DNA of 64,000 nt from Minisyncoccota bacterium. GTDB lineage: Bacteria > Patescibacteriota > Minisyncoccia > UBA6257 > GWB1-50-10. The position numbers were made by a program, and so were the translations under genes. Shown piece after piece: positions 19,726 to 29,521 of this stretch (the first letter of the stretch is position 1; the number at the start of each line of letters is the position of its first letter). The stretch covers positions 10,836 through 74,835 of the forward strand of contig JBAYJE010000002.1 of the NCBI GenBank assembly GCA_041665265.1. Direction: 5' to 3'. Under the pieces are notes generated by a model. The model was not told where the DNA came from. It saw nothing but the letters and a program-made list of their open reading frames with translations, and made no database searches.

Positions 19726-20373
19726 ATGGTACAGAGCCTTTACACTGACCGTGAAAATGCTGCCGCGAAACTCATCCCACTTCTTGAAAAGTATCGCGGT
19801 AATAATGCCGCAGTTATATTAGGACTATCGGGAGGAGGCACAATGTTAGCATCTTATATTACAAAAGAGCTTTTACTTCCGCTTGATGTGATAGTGGTAA
19901 AAAAAATAGGTGCTCCTGCAAACAACGAGTTTGCTATTGGTGCAGTAACCGAAGATGTGGAAGAATTTTTTGATTGGACCGCAAAAGAAGATATTTGTGG
20001 TTCAGAAAAATATATCCACGAAGTGCTAGAGCAAAAACGCAAAGAAGTAGCTGCGCGCGCTTTCGCATATCGAGGCGTGAGACCTAAGGAGAATATAAAA
20101 GGGAAAATAGCCATTCTTGTAGATGATGGTATTGCCACTGGCTCGACGATGCGCGCTGCCATTCGTTCTGCAAAGAAGAGGGGAGCAGAAAGAGTGGTTG
20201 TTGCTGTTCCTGTAGCATCAATAGATAGTTTGTTGCATATTCGCACTGAGGTTGATGAAGTAATTTGTCCTTATTCATCCAGTTTCTTTCCTTTTGAGGG
20301 TGGATTTTATGAACATTTTCCTCAAATTGAAGATGGGGCAGTGCTTAAAATGCTCAGAAATAAAACAAAATAA
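19726..20373 (+). CDS. Phosphoribosyltransferase family protein
   Basis: ILVDDGIATGSTM PRPP loop; KKIGAPANNEFAIGAV. Confidence 0.9.
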   Translation: MVQSLYTDRENAAAKLIPLLEKYRGNNAAVILGLSGGGTMLASYITKELLLPLDVIVVKKIGAPANNEFAIGAVTEDVEEFFDWTAKEDICGSEKYIHEVLEQKRKEVAARAFAYRGVRPKENIKGKIAILVDDGIATGSTMRAAIRSAKKRGAERVVVAVPVASIDSLLHIRTEVDEVICPYSSSFFPFEGGFYEHFPQIEDGAVLKMLRNKTK

Positions 20374-20391
20374 CTTTTTAAGAAAGTAAAA

Positions 20392-22242
20392 TTACTGCGT
20401 TTTAAAAAGTCTCATAGAGTTCATAATAGGAAGGAAGTCGGTGATGAAGTTATATGCGGAAGCTCCTTCCGGTCCAAAGACGCGCAGAGAAACAAGTATA
20501 AGGCCAATAATATTCACTATTCCCCAGATGAAAAAGTTTTGATGTACTACGCGCAGAGTAGTACGTCCGAGATCGATTATTTCTGGAATTTTTAGGAAGT
20601 CATCTTTCATGAGTGCAACATCTGCCGCTTCAATTGCGGCATCTGAACCAATTGCTCCCATTGCAATACCTACATCAGCAAGAGCGAGTGCAGCCGCATC
20701 ATTAATGCCGTCTCCTACCATGAGCACTGTTTTTTTAGGACCTACACAGGATTCAACAAATTGAAGTTTTTGTTCGGGAAGCATATTTGCATGGTATTCG
20801 GTGATTCCCACGCGGGCTGCAATTCTAGCAGCAACTTTTTCATTGTCGCCTGTAAGCATGGTTATTGTTTTTACACCAAGTTTTTTAAGATGCTCTATGG
20901 CATTTTTAATTTCTGGACGAACTTCATCGGCGCATGCAATTGTTCCTATTACTTCATTTTCGATCGCAATTACATTGATGTTTAATCCGTGTGTTTCTGC
21001 AGCTAAAACAACCTCTTTCATTTTTGGTGTGAGGGAGATTCCTGATGTTTCTATAAACCGAACACTCCCAGAAAAAATTTTCTTTTTGAAAAAAAGTGCC
21101 TCAAGCCCCTTTCCGGGGACCTCATGGATATAATCAGGTTTTTCAAATCGAGTTTTTTGTTCTCGAAGATATTCCACTATGGCTTTTGAAATGGGATGTT
21201 GGGAGTACATTGCGGTCATGCCTGCATACGAGAGTAATTCCTCGCGCGTATGAGTGCTAAATAGGGTAATTTCTTGAACTACAAATTTTCCAAGGGTGAG
21301 GGTGCCTGTTTTATCTACAATAATAGTGGTTGCTCTTGCAAGTCCTTCAAGAAAATTACCTCCTTTTATAATGACGCCACGTCGCGCTGCTTGTCCAATT
21401 GAGGCAAGAAATCCCATAGGGATAGCAATCGCAATATCATCCGCACAGGCTACGAGAAGAAATGAAAGGAGAAGGGGAAGATCTTGAAAGAGTCCATAAA
21501 TTACAAATGATCCAAGGAACACGATAAGGATATACCACGTTGCGAATGTATCAGCGATAGTACGTATTTTTGCTTTACCTTCTTCGGCACGCTCTACGAG
21601 AGCAATTGTTTTTTCGAGTGTGGTGTCTTTTCCAACTTTTTCTGTTGTTACCACAAGAGAGCCCGAAGAGAGAAGTGTTCCACTCCATACCTCGTCACCT
21701 GTTGTTTTGCTCACAGGAGCCGATTCACCAGTAAGTGATGATTGATCGACGGCTCCATCTCCTTCTTCTATTCTTCCATCTACCGCAATTCGTTCCCCCG
21801 ATTTTATAAGAAGGAGATCCCCCACACGTACTTGGGATGATGGAATATCTTCTATATTGTCACCTCGTTTCACGTGGACAGTAAGGGGGCGAAGTTTAAG
21901 AATGTGTTGAATTGCGGAATGTGCTTTTGCTTCTGTATATGCTCCAAAAATACGCGCAGCAGTGAGCATGAGATTAATGAATGCTGCTGAGGACCACTCA
22001 CCACCGAGGAAGGCCGCAAGAAGCGCCGCACTTGCGAGAAGATCAACCGATATTCTTTTTTTTATAATGGATTGGAATGCACTTATTACAACAGGAAGGA
22101 GACCAACACACGAAGCAATAACAAGAAGTATAGTGCTAAAAGAAACGAGATGGAGGCGGTCAATAATAAGAAATACAAAGAGAAGTACTGCAAAGGTACT
22201 ATCAAAAATTAATTGTTTAGAGTGGTCAGAGAATGATTTCAT
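20392..22242 (-). CDS. P1B-type (heavy metal) P-type ATPase with atypical TM motif
   Basis: TGES, DKTGTLT, HP, MLTGDN, GDGINDA; ACADD in place of CPC. Confidence 0.9.
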   Translation of the reverse strand: MKSFSDHSKQLIFDSTFAVLLFVFLIIDRLHLVSFSTILLVIASCVGLLPVVISAFQSIIKKRISVDLLASAALLAAFLGGEWSSAAFINLMLTAARIFGAYTEAKAHSAIQHILKLRPLTVHVKRGDNIEDIPSSQVRVGDLLLIKSGERIAVDGRIEEGDGAVDQSSLTGESAPVSKTTGDEVWSGTLLSSGSLVVTTEKVGKDTTLEKTIALVERAEEGKAKIRTIADTFATWYILIVFLGSFVIYGLFQDLPLLLSFLLVACADDIAIAIPMGFLASIGQAARRGVIIKGGNFLEGLARATTIIVDKTGTLTLGKFVVQEITLFSTHTREELLSYAGMTAMYSQHPISKAIVEYLREQKTRFEKPDYIHEVPGKGLEALFFKKKIFSGSVRFIETSGISLTPKMKEVVLAAETHGLNINVIAIENEVIGTIACADEVRPEIKNAIEHLKKLGVKTITMLTGDNEKVAARIAARVGITEYHANMLPEQKLQFVESCVGPKKTVLMVGDGINDAAALALADVGIAMGAIGSDAAIEAADVALMKDDFLKIPEIIDLGRTTLRVVHQNFFIWGIVNIIGLILVSLRVFGPEGASAYNFITDFLPIMNSMRLFKTQ

Positions 22243-22313
22243 TACTATGGGTAATTTATGCTTATTGTACCATCTGCGTTGATTTCTTTCGTCTTAGTTC
22301 TATAATACAAATA

Positions 22314-22625
22314 ATGTTGCATATCCATAATATTGAATCGATGAGCGGAGAAGACATTGGAATGGTAGATGATAATGGATTTGTATTTGATGTTCGTGGC
22401 AAAAAAGCTGGACGCGTGACAAGTGATGGTTCTGTATACGATGCAGTAGGCAATAAGTGTGGCAGACTTATGCGTGAAGGGAAGGTATTTGATGATAAGG
22501 TGCGTCATGTTGGCACGGTGCAAGAAGATGGGTATGTGTACGATGTGGATCAGCATAAGGTAGGAAAGGTAAAACCACCTCATAGGGAGTTTGCGGGAGC
22601 CGCACTTCTTCTCTTGTTTCGATAA
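22314..22625 (+). CDS. Small beta-repeat protein
   Basis: About four repeats of G-x-V-Y/F-D-x4-(K/V)-G; hydrophobic C-terminal helix. Confidence 0.7.
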   Translation: MLHIHNIESMSGEDIGMVDDNGFVFDVRGKKAGRVTSDGSVYDAVGNKCGRLMREGKVFDDKVRHVGTVQEDGYVYDVDQHKVGKVKPPHREFAGAALLLLFR

Positions 22626-22722
22626 TGTACAAAGATCTCCTTTGAGGGGGTCTTCGGCAGGGTGATGAAGCATCGCCTGCGGGCGATTTTTTAGTTCGCT
22701 GAAGGGTGGTACTATAGGAGCA

Positions 22723-25701
22723 ATGTATGATGCAGAATTTGAAAAGCGGTATGCACAATTAAACGCCGCACAACGTGAGGCGGTAGATGCAGTGGAAGGT
22801 CCTGTCATGGTAGTTGCGGGTCCTGGCACGGGGAAGACTCAGATTCTTACTTTACGCATCGCAAACATTCTTAAAAAAACAGACACGAATCCGGGAAATA
22901 TTTTAGCACTCACGTTTACTGAAGCAGGCACCGCAACGATGAGAAGGCGACTTGTAGAAATTGTGGGAGCACCCGCATATTCAGTGGCAATTAGTACATT
23001 CCATGCATTTTGTAATGGCATTATTAAAGAATACCCAGAAGAGTTCCCTCATATTATCGGCTCAGAGAGTATCACTGAAGTTGATCAGATTACTTTACTT
23101 GAAGATATTATACGTGGAATTTCACTCGCTATCTTAAAGCCGTTTGGAGACCCGCTCTATTATGTACGAGATATATTAAAAGCGATTAATGATTTGAAAC
23201 GTGAAGGCGTGGACCCACTTCAATTTGTGACGCTTGTAGAGAAGGAGCAGGAACGATTTAATGCTTCGTCTGATCTCTATCATGACAAAGGAGCACACAA
23301 AGGAGAGATGCGAGGGGACTACAAAAAAGAGTTAAAAATAATTGAGAAGAACAAAGAATTGGCGAGAGTGTATACCACGTATGCCACGCGTCTTGTAGAA
23401 AATAAACTTTACGATTATAGCGACATGATTATGGAGGTGCTTCGTGCACTTCAAACAAATAAGGATCTTCTTCTTATTTTGCAGGAGCAATATCAGTATG
23501 TATTGGTGGATGAGCATCAGGATACTAATAAGGCACAAAATAAGATTTTAGAACTTCTCTGCAATTTTCACGCACAACCAAATATATTTGTGGTGGGTGA
23601 CGAAAAGCAGGCCATCTTCCGTTTCCAGGGAGCTTCACTTGAAAACTTTCTCTATTTTAGGGGGCTTTATCCTGGGGCGAAACTTATTTTTCTCGAGGAA
23701 AATTATCGGTCAACACAGACAATTTTAGATGTTGCACACCGAGTGATTCCAAGTCCGAAGGGTCTTAGGGCGCAAGCACTTTACATGAACGTAGCGGTGA
23801 GTCTTTCCGTGTTTACTAAGCCTGTTATTGAGCAATACTTTCTTGCGAGTGATATTAAGGCAAAGATTGATAAGGGTGCAGCACCTGGAGAAATTGCTGT
23901 TTTATATCGTGATAATCGTGATGTCGCCGCACTCTTACCTATGGTGGAACGTATGGGAATTCCTTTTGTGGTTGAGTCTGATGAAAATGTGATGAACGAC
24001 CATGATATCAAGAAGATTATTCGGTTGCTTCGTGCAGCGGATACTTTTGGTGCCGATCAACACATTGCGGAGGCGATGCATATTGATTTTCTTGGACTTC
24101 ACCCGCTTGATGTATATCGCGTACTTCATGAGGCGGATATAAAAAAATGCCCTCTTTATGATGTTTTGAAGTCTGACGTACTTATGAGGAATCTTCATTT
24201 GGAAGATGGAGCAAAAATTCGTATGTGGTATGGAAAACTTACAGAGTGGGCGATTGCTGCAAAAAACAAGAGCCTTGAGGAGTGCGCGAGTCTCGTGATT
24301 AACGAGTCCGGATTTCTTGCCTATCTTCTTGGAAAGCCTGATGCGGTGGAAAAAATAGAGAAATTAAATGGGTTTTTTGATGAGTTGCAGAGTCTTGTTG
24401 AAAAACATAAAGATGCAGGACTCCGAGAGTTTCTCTCGTATCTCGATACTATTGAGGCTCACAATCTTCTTATACGAAAAAGTTTGTTTGGTGGGTCCGC
24501 GCGGCGCGTGCATTTTATGACCGCGCACAAATCAAAGGGGCAGGAATTTGAACATGTGTATATTGTGAATGCATTTGATGGTCATTGGGGAAATAAGAAG
24601 CGAGGAAATGTATTGCCTCTTCCTTCCTCTGTTTTCTCGCTTCTTGGTGAGTCTTCTCTTTCTCACGACCCCCTAGATGATGAACGACGACTTTTCTATG
24701 TAGCACTTACTCGCGCAAAAAAGACGGTGACTATTTCATATGCAAAGGAGAGCACTACGGGTCGTGAACAATTACCGTGCCAATTTCTTGAGGAGATGAA
24801 GTCGGAACTTGTAAAAGAGATTGATACTGCGGAGATAGAAAAAGAATTTGGAGCAAATAAACAGATTATATTTGCGCCACCACAACTTCCTCATGCACGT
24901 ATGGAGGATAAGGAATTTATTCGTTCCCTTTTTCTTGAGCGGGGAATTTCCGCAACTGCATTGAATAATTATCTTAAGTGCCCATGGCGGTATTTTTATC
25001 AGAATCTTCTTCGAATTCCTGCCGCAAAACAACCGCATCAATTGTATGGCACCGCGATCCATGCTGCGCTACAAGATCTTTTTAATGGAGTAAAAGAAAA
25101 AAAACATTCACGTAATTATCTTCTCGAGCGATTCGCATATTATTTTGATGCACAACCTTTTCGTGCAACTGAGCAACATGAATGGAAGGAGCGAGGTGTC
25201 AAAGCTCTCGGAGGATATTATGATATGTATCATACTTCCTGGAACGCAAACATATTAAACGAAGTTCCTATTCGTGGAATCCTCCTTACCCCAGAGATAA
25301 AACTTACCGGGAAGATTGATAAGTTGGAGATTCTAAATGAACGCAACGAGGTGTTAGTGACAGATTACAAAACAGGAAAACCAAAGACGCGGGGGGAGAT
25401 AGAGGGGTCCACACAGAATTCAAACGGGGACATAAAACGACAACTCGTGTTTTACAACGTGCTCCTTAATCGATATGAGAACCATCGATTTATTATGATC
25501 TCTGCCGATGTTGATTTTGTGGAACCGGATGAGAAGGGAAGGTATAAGCGTGAGTCATTTGTGATTAATCCGGAGGAGGTTGAAGAACTTGAGAATCTCA
25601 TTAAAACGACCGCGGAGCATATTTGTACTCTCTCTTTTTGGAACACGCGTTGTGATGATGCGGAGTGTGAATTTTGCGCACTTCGTGGAATGATGGAATA
25701 A
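22723..25701 (+). CDS. UvrD/PcrA-family helicase fused to PD-(D/E)XK (RecB-like) nuclease
   Basis: AGPGTGKT, VDEHQD, GDEKQAIFRFQGA, ENYRS, TAHKSKGQEF, YVALTRAK; C-terminal GKIDK..DYKTG..QL and Cys cluster. Confidence 0.92.
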   Translation: MYDAEFEKRYAQLNAAQREAVDAVEGPVMVVAGPGTGKTQILTLRIANILKKTDTNPGNILALTFTEAGTATMRRRLVEIVGAPAYSVAISTFHAFCNGIIKEYPEEFPHIIGSESITEVDQITLLEDIIRGISLAILKPFGDPLYYVRDILKAINDLKREGVDPLQFVTLVEKEQERFNASSDLYHDKGAHKGEMRGDYKKELKIIEKNKELARVYTTYATRLVENKLYDYSDMIMEVLRALQTNKDLLLILQEQYQYVLVDEHQDTNKAQNKILELLCNFHAQPNIFVVGDEKQAIFRFQGASLENFLYFRGLYPGAKLIFLEENYRSTQTILDVAHRVIPSPKGLRAQALYMNVAVSLSVFTKPVIEQYFLASDIKAKIDKGAAPGEIAVLYRDNRDVAALLPMVERMGIPFVVESDENVMNDHDIKKIIRLLRAADTFGADQHIAEAMHIDFLGLHPLDVYRVLHEADIKKCPLYDVLKSDVLMRNLHLEDGAKIRMWYGKLTEWAIAAKNKSLEECASLVINESGFLAYLLGKPDAVEKIEKLNGFFDELQSLVEKHKDAGLREFLSYLDTIEAHNLLIRKSLFGGSARRVHFMTAHKSKGQEFEHVYIVNAFDGHWGNKKRGNVLPLPSSVFSLLGESSLSHDPLDDERRLFYVALTRAKKTVTISYAKESTTGREQLPCQFLEEMKSELVKEIDTAEIEKEFGANKQIIFAPPQLPHARMEDKEFIRSLFLERGISATALNNYLKCPWRYFYQNLLRIPAAKQPHQLYGTAIHAALQDLFNGVKEKKHSRNYLLERFAYYFDAQPFRATEQHEWKERGVKALGGYYDMYHTSWNANILNEVPIRGILLTPEIKLTGKIDKLEILNERNEVLVTDYKTGKPKTRGEIEGSTQNSNGDIKRQLVFYNVLLNRYENHRFIMISADVDFVEPDEKGRYKRESFVINPEEVEELENLIKTTAEHICTLSFWNTRCDDAECEFCALRGMME

Positions 25702-25709
25702 TAGAAGAT

Positions 25710-25922
25710 ATGAGCGAACACATTAAAAGACTCCATAGGAGCAGGAGGAATAAGGTAGTATGTGGACTTCTTGGAGGTCTCGGGGAATATTTTGAGGTAG
25801 ACCCAGTACTTCTCCGTCTCTTTTTTGTCTTTATTACTATGTGTACGGGCATCGTACCTGGCGTCCTTGCCTACTTTTTAGGGGTAGCAATTGTACCTAA
25901 GTCATACGAGGAAAAGGAATAA
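25710..25922 (+). CDS. PspC domain protein
   Basis: LHRSRRNKVVCGLLGGLGEYFEVDPVLLR. Confidence 0.9.
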   Translation: MSEHIKRLHRSRRNKVVCGLLGGLGEYFEVDPVLLRLFFVFITMCTGIVPGVLAYFLGVAIVPKSYEEKE

Positions 25923-25928
25923 ATTTGT

Positions 25929-26687
25929 ATGGAACGAAAAAACACATCATGGGGAGTTTCTGCGGATTGGTATCACGACCACCTTGAAAAAGAAGGAACA
26001 TACCAAAAAGAAGTAGTACTTCCTAATCTTTTGCGTATTCTTGCATTGAAGAAAGGCGTACGTATTTTGGACCTCGCGTGCGGGTCTGGTTTTTTCTCTC
26101 GTGCATTTGCAGAGACCGGAGCTGAGGTAATTGGTTCTGATGTGGCTACGCGTCTTATTCTTATTGCGCGCAAAGAATCTCCAAAAAATATTACATTTCA
26201 TATTGCACCTGCACACAAACTTGATTTTCTTCCCTCAAAAAGTGTTGATCTCATTACTATCGTATTTGCAATTCAAAATATTGAAAATATCGACAAGGTT
26301 TTTGCAGAGTGCGCGCGAGTGTTAAAGCCTCGGGGTTCGCTTGTTATGGTAATGAATCACCCCGCATTTCGAGTTCCTAAGCGTTCGGGTTGGGGATGGG
26401 ACGAGGAAAAGAAGACACAATATCGACGCATTGATGGCTACATGTCTGAATCGATGGAGAAGATTCAGATGCATCCCGGTGAAAGACCAGACGAATATAC
26501 ACTCTCATTTCACCGGCCACTTCAGGTATATTTTAAAAGTTTGCGAAAAAATAGCTTTGCAGTTGGTTCACTTGAAGAATGGATTTCCCATAAGAAGAGT
26601 GAGCCAGGTGTTCGTGCTGTTGCGGAAAATGAGATACGAAAAGAGATTCCACTTTTCCTTATGCTTCAAGGAGTGCGCATGGAATAG
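25929..26687 (+). CDS. Class I SAM-dependent methyltransferase
   Basis: ILDLACGSG, RVLKPRG, NHP, FHRPL. Confidence 0.9.
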   Translation: MERKNTSWGVSADWYHDHLEKEGTYQKEVVLPNLLRILALKKGVRILDLACGSGFFSRAFAETGAEVIGSDVATRLILIARKESPKNITFHIAPAHKLDFLPSKSVDLITIVFAIQNIENIDKVFAECARVLKPRGSLVMVMNHPAFRVPKRSGWGWDEEKKTQYRRIDGYMSESMEKIQMHPGERPDEYTLSFHRPLQVYFKSLRKNSFAVGSLEEWISHKKSEPGVRAVAENEIRKEIPLFLMLQGVRME

Positions 26688-26717
26688 GGGTATTTCTGTG
26701 TTTGATATACTTTTTAT

Positions 26718-28337
26718 ATGCAGAGAACACTCAAAATAATCGGGTGGTTTATAGGCATCTCTCTTGTTGTTACTTTCCTTGTGGCTACTCTTGGATTTCT
26801 TGCGGTTCGTTATAATTTCTGGCCACCAAATTGTGATGTGCTTCCTATTCCACAAGCAAAACGTGTGTGTGAATTTTCAAAACGGGAAAAAGTGAAAATA
26901 GGAACTCCTACCATGGTTCAGTTCTGGGTAAGTATCCCTGAAACTACCCCCGCATTTGAGGTGGTCTATTTTGTACCAGAAGGAAAAAGTCAGCTTGCCA
27001 TGAAAAAAGTAGGGGATACAAGTTATGAAGTTGATGTGCCTGCGGTAATTGGAGAAGAGTTTTCATATCGCTATCGCCGTGATGAGCAAGAGTCGTTTTC
27101 GAGTGTACAACGCGTAACAGTGAAAATGCTTGGAGAGCAGGTATTTGATGGGGTTTCTTTGTGGAGCGATGAAAAGAAAATACCACATATTGCCACGAGC
27201 ACACGTATTATTGTAAATACCATGGATACATGGAGTATCAATTATAATTTCAATTTTTTTGAGGATACGCGCAACAATATAGAGAGCACTATAGTGAGGG
27301 CAAAAGCACTTGGTGCAAATGAGCTGGGAGTCTTTTCATTTATTGAGGTACTTGGTAATAAAGATCTATTTACATTACAGGAAGTAGATACTCCTTTTAA
27401 ATATATGCGCGATGCCGCAATCTCAGCAGGAGATATGAAAAAACTTGCGAGATTAGGAAAGGAACACAGTATCGATGTGGTTATTCACTACAATACGGAA
27501 GCGGATTATACAAAATATTTTAATGTAAAAGATTTTAAGATGATTGGTGCAGGCGTGGGTGGTGCTGCCGCACACGGAAAGGCTGCAGAAGAACTTGGTA
27601 TTTATGAACCGAAATCAAAGGAGTGGGTGGATATGTGGTTTGATGGTCTTGAATCGGTGCTTCTCAAGTGGGCGAGAGAGGCTGAAGCTGCGGGTATTTA
27701 TGGTATTGATATTACGCCGGAATACATGGTTCCAAAATTTGCACCGCAGGAGATATATGCGGACACAAGGTATAAAGAGATTGTTGCAGAAATGAGAAAA
27801 ATATATAAAGGGAAGATATTTGCGAGTTCGGTGGGATGGTTTGGGGGAATTACTGACAAAAATAAAGTAACCTATATTAATGATGTTGATGGACTCTATA
27901 TACATCTCCCTTCTCTTAAGGTGCGCGAGGGGGCATCAATTGCTGAAATGCGCACAACACATTCAAATAATATTTCAGCACTTCAGAATGAATTTAAGGT
28001 GTATCCAAAAGAGATAAGCCTTATTATTTCTGAAGCGAGTTATGAAGGAGCAATTAATGGCGTGCCATCTTTTGAATTTAATGATTTTGCGGAGGCTCGC
28101 GCGAAAGGACGAGTTGCTGATTGGCAAGCTCAGGCAGATAGTTATGAGGCAGCACTCAGCGTATTAAGTCGCTCAACCTTTTTTAAAGGAATCGGAACTT
28201 CGGGATATTGGTTTGATGACCTTATGGATCCAGACTATGCAGACCCATTAATTAGTATGCACCCTTCAATTCGTAATAAGCCCGCTGAAGCGGTTTGGAA
28301 AAAATGGATGAATTCCAATGAAATAAAATCTTCATAA
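26718..28337 (+). CDS. Membrane-anchored clan GH-A glycoside hydrolase (GH113-like) with small N-terminal beta domain
   Basis: TM; ITPEY and IISEASY candidate catalytic Glu; RKIYKGKI; QADSYEA; SIRNKPAEAVWKKW. Confidence 0.6.
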   Translation: MQRTLKIIGWFIGISLVVTFLVATLGFLAVRYNFWPPNCDVLPIPQAKRVCEFSKREKVKIGTPTMVQFWVSIPETTPAFEVVYFVPEGKSQLAMKKVGDTSYEVDVPAVIGEEFSYRYRRDEQESFSSVQRVTVKMLGEQVFDGVSLWSDEKKIPHIATSTRIIVNTMDTWSINYNFNFFEDTRNNIESTIVRAKALGANELGVFSFIEVLGNKDLFTLQEVDTPFKYMRDAAISAGDMKKLARLGKEHSIDVVIHYNTEADYTKYFNVKDFKMIGAGVGGAAAHGKAAEELGIYEPKSKEWVDMWFDGLESVLLKWAREAEAAGIYGIDITPEYMVPKFAPQEIYADTRYKEIVAEMRKIYKGKIFASSVGWFGGITDKNKVTYINDVDGLYIHLPSLKVREGASIAEMRTTHSNNISALQNEFKVYPKEISLIISEASYEGAINGVPSFEFNDFAEARAKGRVADWQAQADSYEAALSVLSRSTFFKGIGTSGYWFDDLMDPDYADPLISMHPSIRNKPAEAVWKKWMNSNEIKSS

Positions 28338-28780
28338 TGACCCTAAAAAAGAAAAATCAAAAATCGTGGAATGACGTCTCGGAGAATATTACAAAATGGA
28401 TTGGATCGATAAATTCGCTTTTTATTCACACCCTTCTTTTTATTTGTGCATTTTTTCTCGTGCTTCTTGGAATTGAGAGGAATACGGTATTTTTGGCACT
28501 CACTACGGTAGTTTCTTTGGAGGCAATTTATCTTTCTATTTTTATTCAAATGACAGTGAATCGTCATGCAGAAAGCCTTGAGGATGTGGAGGAGGACATT
28601 GAAGAAATACACGAAGATGTGCGAGAATTGGGTGAAGATATTGAGGACATTTCTGAAGATATCGAGGAAATTCAAGAAGAGGAGGCAGGAGAAGGAGAAA
28701 CGGCGGTAACGCTCGAAAATATTGAGGAAGTACTTCAAAAAGCGCTTGCGGACATTGAGAAGTTTAAAAAACAGCAATAA
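28337..28780 (+). CDS. DUF1003-like two-TM protein with acidic coiled coil
   Basis: WIGS..LTTVVSLEAIYLSIFIQMTVNR then heptad EDIEEI repeats. Confidence 0.75.
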   Translation: MTLKKKNQKSWNDVSENITKWIGSINSLFIHTLLFICAFFLVLLGIERNTVFLALTTVVSLEAIYLSIFIQMTVNRHAESLEDVEEDIEEIHEDVRELGEDIEDISEDIEEIQEEEAGEGETAVTLENIEEVLQKALADIEKFKKQQ

Positions 28781-28782
28781 AT

Positions 28783-29331
28783 ATGATGCCTCACATTGTT
28801 AATCCATTCGTAATGTGGATTCTTATTGTGCTTGGAGGAGCGGCAATCTTTTTTGGATTTGATGCAGTTATGATATTACCCCGCACTGACCTCTCGCATG
28901 TTTTTTTTGCAATCTCACTTTTTTATTGGTTCTTTTTTATAATCTCGGCATTGCGTGAAAATGCGAGTGTGGTGCGAAGTGTTGCGGGAGTACAATCACT
29001 CGTAAAAACAGGAATATATGCACGAGTAAGGCACCCTATTTATTCGGCCGATATTTTTCTTATGTGGGGAATTTATTTTATGATTCCAACTTTCCCTATG
29101 CTTCTTACCGTATTTTGGTTCATTTTAGTTGTAATTCTTTGGACGCGCCTTGAGGAGGAGTGTCTTGCAAAGCGGTTCAAGGTCGCATATAAAAGTTATC
29201 GTGTACAGGTTCCTATGATGATTCCTCAAATATGGCGCACAAAAAAAGTGTGGGTATCACGAAAGAAAAAAGCAAAAGTGAAAACAAAGAAAATTGTTGA
29301 GAACTCTACGGATGCCGAATCTAAAATGTAA
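28783..29331 (+). CDS. Isoprenylcysteine carboxyl methyltransferase (ICMT/PEMT) family protein
   Basis: LVKTGIYARVRHPIYS, EEECL..Y..Y..VP. Confidence 0.85.
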   Translation: MMPHIVNPFVMWILIVLGGAAIFFGFDAVMILPRTDLSHVFFAISLFYWFFFIISALRENASVVRSVAGVQSLVKTGIYARVRHPIYSADIFLMWGIYFMIPTFPMLLTVFWFILVVILWTRLEEECLAKRFKVAYKSYRVQVPMMIPQIWRTKKVWVSRKKKAKVKTKKIVENSTDAESKM

Positions 29332-29354
29332 TGATTTAATTTTCGTGTTTTAAA

Positions 29355-29390
29355 AAATAAAAACCCCGTTCGCTTGAGAGCGAACGGGGG
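29355..29390 (-). terminator. Terminator/REP-like hairpin, copy 1
   Basis: CCCCGTTCGCT-TGAG-AGCGAACGGGG; T-tract on minus strand; 23 nt identical to the reverse complement of 45891-45913. Confidence 0.75.
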
Positions 29391-29521
29391 ATTGTTTAAT
29401 TCGTTATTTCGAATCCAGTGATGATACCTTATAATACATATGTAAGAATGTGTCAATAATTCATTGACAAAAGTAAGTATTACGCGGTATTCTGAGAGGC
29501 GCCTCAGAAGAGGCATTTTCT

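Noticed and set aside
22245-22829. 194-aa minus-strand ORF
   Set aside because: Shadow of the UvrD and beta-repeat genes on the plus strand
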